Assembly (NCBI RefSeq): GCF_006345805.1
Contig: NC_042998.1
Location: 31,124,001 to 31,188,000, forward strand
DNA length: 64,000 bases
Reading direction: 5' to 3'
Source: Octopus sinensis
Lineage: Eukaryota
The notes under the pieces are model-generated. The model was not told where the DNA came from and did not search any database. It saw only the letters and a program-made list of their open reading frames with translations. Both the position numbers and the translations under genes were made by a program. Positions 63,105-64,000 of the stretch are shown here, piece by piece (position 1 is the first letter of the stretch; each line of letters opens with the position of its first letter).

Positions 63105-63705
63105 TGACACTGGTATCACGTAACCGGCACACATGCTGGTGGCACATAATAAGCACCTTTTGAGCGTTGAGCCTCATGGAGGCAAAGTGGTTAAGTTCCT
63201 TTCAAATGTTGGGCCCCACAGAGGCAATGATCGAGACCTTTGGCATTATGTTGTTCTTGAGAAGAAGACCCATCAAGTCAAGTAAAATTGCAGCAATGGC
63301 AGATACCACAAATGGCACTTTTGCCTGCGGCACATAAAATCAGGCATTGGGCCCCATGGAGGCAAGGACCAAGACCATTTGACATTATGCTGTGCTTTAA
63401 GCATTGAGCCTCATAGAGGTAATGACCAAGTCCATTTGGCATTATGCTGTGCTTGAGAAGACCCATCAGGCCAAGTAAAACTGCAGTTGTGGTTTTACCA
63501 GTGTTATGCAAATGGCACCCATGCCAGTGGCACATAAAAGCACCCATTACACTCCCAGAGTGGCTAGCGTTAGGAAGGACATCCAGCCATAGAAACTATT
63601 CCAAAACAAAATGGAATCTGATGCAGCCTTCCAGCTTGCCAGCCCTGGTCAAACCATCCCACCGGTGCCAGAATGGACAACAGATGTTAAATGATGATGA
63701 TGATG
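63105..63705 (+). mobile_element. Long RTE 3' UTR-derived repeat with internal tandem modules and a (GAT)n tail
   Basis: Repeated TTGAGCCTCATGGAGGCAA / TGGCATTATGCTGTGCTTGAGAAGACCCATC blocks; common tail. Confidence 0.75.
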
Positions 63706-64000
63706 AAGTTAAACCACCAGTAACAAAGATAGGATTACTTACCCTCATTAGAATACTGACTGAATGATGCTTTGCTTAATATTGCTAGACCTCAGATTAA
63801 ACTTTGCTAAATCTAGTGTAGACTTAGAGCTACTCAACTATGTCATAACAGTAAAAGCATACTTTTGACCATCTAGTATGTAATACAATATTCTACTCTC
63901 ATCTACTAAGTATGATCTTCAACTCCATGGAAATAATTGAACAAAATTTTTTTCTTTCATTTTTCTTTACATGATCAGAAATATCTATTGAGTTTTGCTG

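Overview
Eukaryotic, AT-rich, repeat-dense genomic DNA. It is inferred to come from an octopod cephalopod (Octopus-like), based on tRNA-Arg-derived SINEs, RTE-type (GAT)n-tailed repeats and kilobase-scale TA/TATG microsatellites. The main host feature is the 3' part of a + strand, multi-exon SCO-spondin-like gene. I could chain 15 exons from 4374 to 47787 with canonical GT-AG sites and consistent phases. They give about 697 aa: 6 thrombospondin type-1 repeats, 2 TIL domains, short VWC/TILa-like modules and a C-terminal cystine knot. The gene's 5' end lies upstream of the window. Introns and the downstream region are filled with decayed transposable elements: three Penelope-like (RT + GIY-YIG) remnants, mariner elements and MITEs, piggyBac-like and hAT-like MITEs, non-autonomous Helitrons, RTE LINEs, SINEs, and a Ty3/Gypsy integrase fragment with a 3' LTR. 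The most unusual signal is a set of type I hammerhead ribozyme motifs in Penelope-type terminal repeats. Two look intact and show compensatory stem changes (8125-8188 and 50441-50516, both on the - strand); several others are degenerate. Three of the carriers are foldback (inverted-repeat) elements, and the one near-intact copy on the host gene's sense strand has lost its catalytic G12. All calls were made by eye and from manual translation; no searches or folding programs were run.
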